The notes under the pieces are model-generated. The model searched no databases and was not told the DNA's origin. It was given only the letters and a program-made list of their open reading frames with translations. Both the position numbers and the translations under genes were made by a program. From positions 90,336,001-90,400,000 of the forward strand of contig CM059432.1 in NCBI GenBank assembly GCA_030390025.1: a stretch of DNA of 64,000 nucleotides, read 5' to 3'. Of this stretch, positions 62,231-64,000 are shown piece after piece (the first letter of the stretch is position 1; each line of letters begins with the position of its first letter). Source of the DNA: Squalus acanthias (taxonomy: Eukaryota).

Positions 62231-62971
62231 GGGGCAGGAATTCGGGTCTCCACGGGTGAGTACACGTTGCGTACTCACCCGTAGGGCCACCAGAAGTGCC
62301 GGTTTCGCGCATGCACGGGAAACTGGAACTTCTGGTCTCGTGAAAGAAGGGGTTCGAGGGTCAACCGTGTGCGCCGTAGAGGCAGCGCGCACGCAGCGAA
62401 CTTCGTTTTTTTTTCAGGTTTCTCCGTGAGGGTAAGTATGGAGAAGCTGCACAGGAAAAAAGGAGGCGCAAGGCCTGCTTTTAACAAGGTAAGTGGTGAA
62501 TTAAATACAATTTAAACATTTTTTCAACAGGTTTATCTTTTTTACATAAAGGTAAGTTTATTTTTAGCACTGTTTAAAAAGTATAATTAATTTTTTCAAA
62601 AATAAAAATTTTTGTTTAAAGTTAATTTATGTAATTTATAGTTATTTTAAAAATGTGATGTTTTTTAAATTTATTTGAAGTTTTAGTTAGGTTTTGGGGG
62701 GTGATCTCTATTCATAGATTTGACAGGTCTTCCTGTCAAAATCTATGAATGGAGATTCCCTGCTCTGATTGTCTCTCCATGGCCCACGTGATCCCAGGGG
62801 ACGCTTCGAACTAACTGCGCCCCTGGGATACGCAAGCACTGCGCGCCGTCAACTGCAGGAGGCCCAGGAGCTGAAGTCCACGTGGGCCCGAAGCACAACG
62901 GCAGGCGCGGTAGGTAAGTACGCGCGCGATCCTTGCACCTGTGGGAAGCCGGAGAGCTGAATTTCTGGCCC
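62231..62971. mobile_element. Harbinger-like MITE (741 bp)
   Basis: TIR GGGGCAGGAATTCGG / CTGAATTTCTGGCCC; 3-bp TSD AAT (62228-62230 and 62972-62974); removing it restores CR1 MKIIMVLKSDKFPGPDG. Confidence 0.88.
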
Positions 62972-64000
62972 AATAATGGTACTAAAAAGTGACAAATTCC
63001 CAGGACCAGATGGTTTCCATCCCAGGGTTTAAAGGAAGTAGGTGAGCACATTGCAGATGCCCTAACTATAATCTTCCAAAGTTCAGGAACCGTCCTTTTA
63101 GATTGGAAAATTGTGCATGCCACTCCGCTATTTAAGAATGGCGAGCGAGGGAAACTGGGGAATTATCGACCAGTTAGCCTAACATCTGTTGTTGGGAAAT
63201 TACTAGAGTCTATAATTAAGGATAGGATGACTGAACACCTTGAAAATTTTCAGATGATCAGAGAGAACCAGCATGGATTTGTAAAAGGTAGGTCATGCCT
63301 GACGAACCTGATTAAATTTTTTTGAAGAGGTGACTAAAGTAGTGGACAGGGGAATGTCTATGAATGTTATTTATATGGATTTCCAGAAGGCATTTGATAA
63401 AGTCCCTCATAAGAGACTGTTAACTAAGGTTGAAGCCCATGGAGTTGAAGGCAAAATATTGACCTGGTTAGGAAATTGGCTGAGCAGCAGGAGACAGAGA
63501 GTAGGGATAATGGGTAGGTACTCTAATTGGCAGGATGTGATTAGTGGTGTCCCGCAGGGATCTGTGTTGGTGCCTCAACTATTCACCGTATTTATTAACG
63601 ACTTGGATGATGGCATAGAAAGCCACATATCCAAATTTGCTGTTGACACAGATAGGTGGCATTGTAGGCAGTGTGGAAGAAAGCATAAAATTACAAAGTA
63701 ATATTGATAGATTAAGTGAATGGGTAAAACTGTGGCAAATGGATTTCAATGTAGGCAAATGTGAGGTCATCCACTTTGGACCTAAAAAGGATAGAACAGG
63801 GTACTTTCTAAATGGTGAAAAGCTTAAAAACAGTGGAAGGCCAAAGGGACTTGGGGATCAGGTACACAGATCATTAAAATGTCATGAACAGGTACAGAAA
63901 ATAATCAAAAAGTCTAATGAATGCTAGCCTTTATATCTAGAGGACCAGAATACAAGGGGATAGAAGTTATGCAGCAGCTATACAAAGCCCTGGTTAGACC

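Larger units (their letters stand above)
59783..64000 (+). mobile_element. CR1 LINE hosting three insertions, running off the window
   Basis: DHNMIEF..., KREYEKKLARDI|..FYNYIRKKRVVRSNVGP, NYRPVSLTSVVGK, DFQKAFDKVPH, PQGSVL. Confidence 0.9.

Noticed and set aside
1..64000. Prokaryote-style RT systems (retron, DGR, group II intron)
   Set aside because: All RT segments carry non-LTR or Penelope signatures in a spliceosomal-intron context.

Overview
Eukaryotic, repeat-dense vertebrate DNA, most likely a shark or other cartilaginous fish (inferred from the CR1, Deu-domain SINE, Penelope and Harbinger-MITE repeat set). There is no sign of prokaryotic genes, CRISPR arrays or rRNA. Two host genes sit head-to-head around a CpG-rich promoter at ~45.3-46.0 kb. 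PEX2 (minus strand) has its whole 302-aa CDS in one exon (29054..28146) and a probable non-coding first exon near 45.4 kb. An unidentified coiled-coil protein gene (plus strand) shows two in-phase coding exons (45975-46253 and 57962-58111) and continues past the window. Most other long ORFs are transposon debris: vertebrate-type CR1 LINEs, a second CR1/L2-group LINE ('family B', ends ...HHHLLKGN* plus a 3' stem-loop), L2, an L1/Tx1 fragment, a Penelope-like element with a minimal hammerhead motif, Gypsy and RTE/RTEX-like relics, two SINE types, hAT MITEs, and Harbinger/PIF relics with related MITEs. Several insertions can be put in order by nesting and target-site duplications (TSDs). The best novelty candidates are the unnamed PEX2-divergent gene, the Penelope hammerhead, a uATG overlapping the PEX2 start, and a four-level nested insertion stack with a 14-bp TSD. 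I cannot show a wholly new biological system from sequence alone. Repeat boundaries were read by eye and are approximate unless a TSD is quoted.
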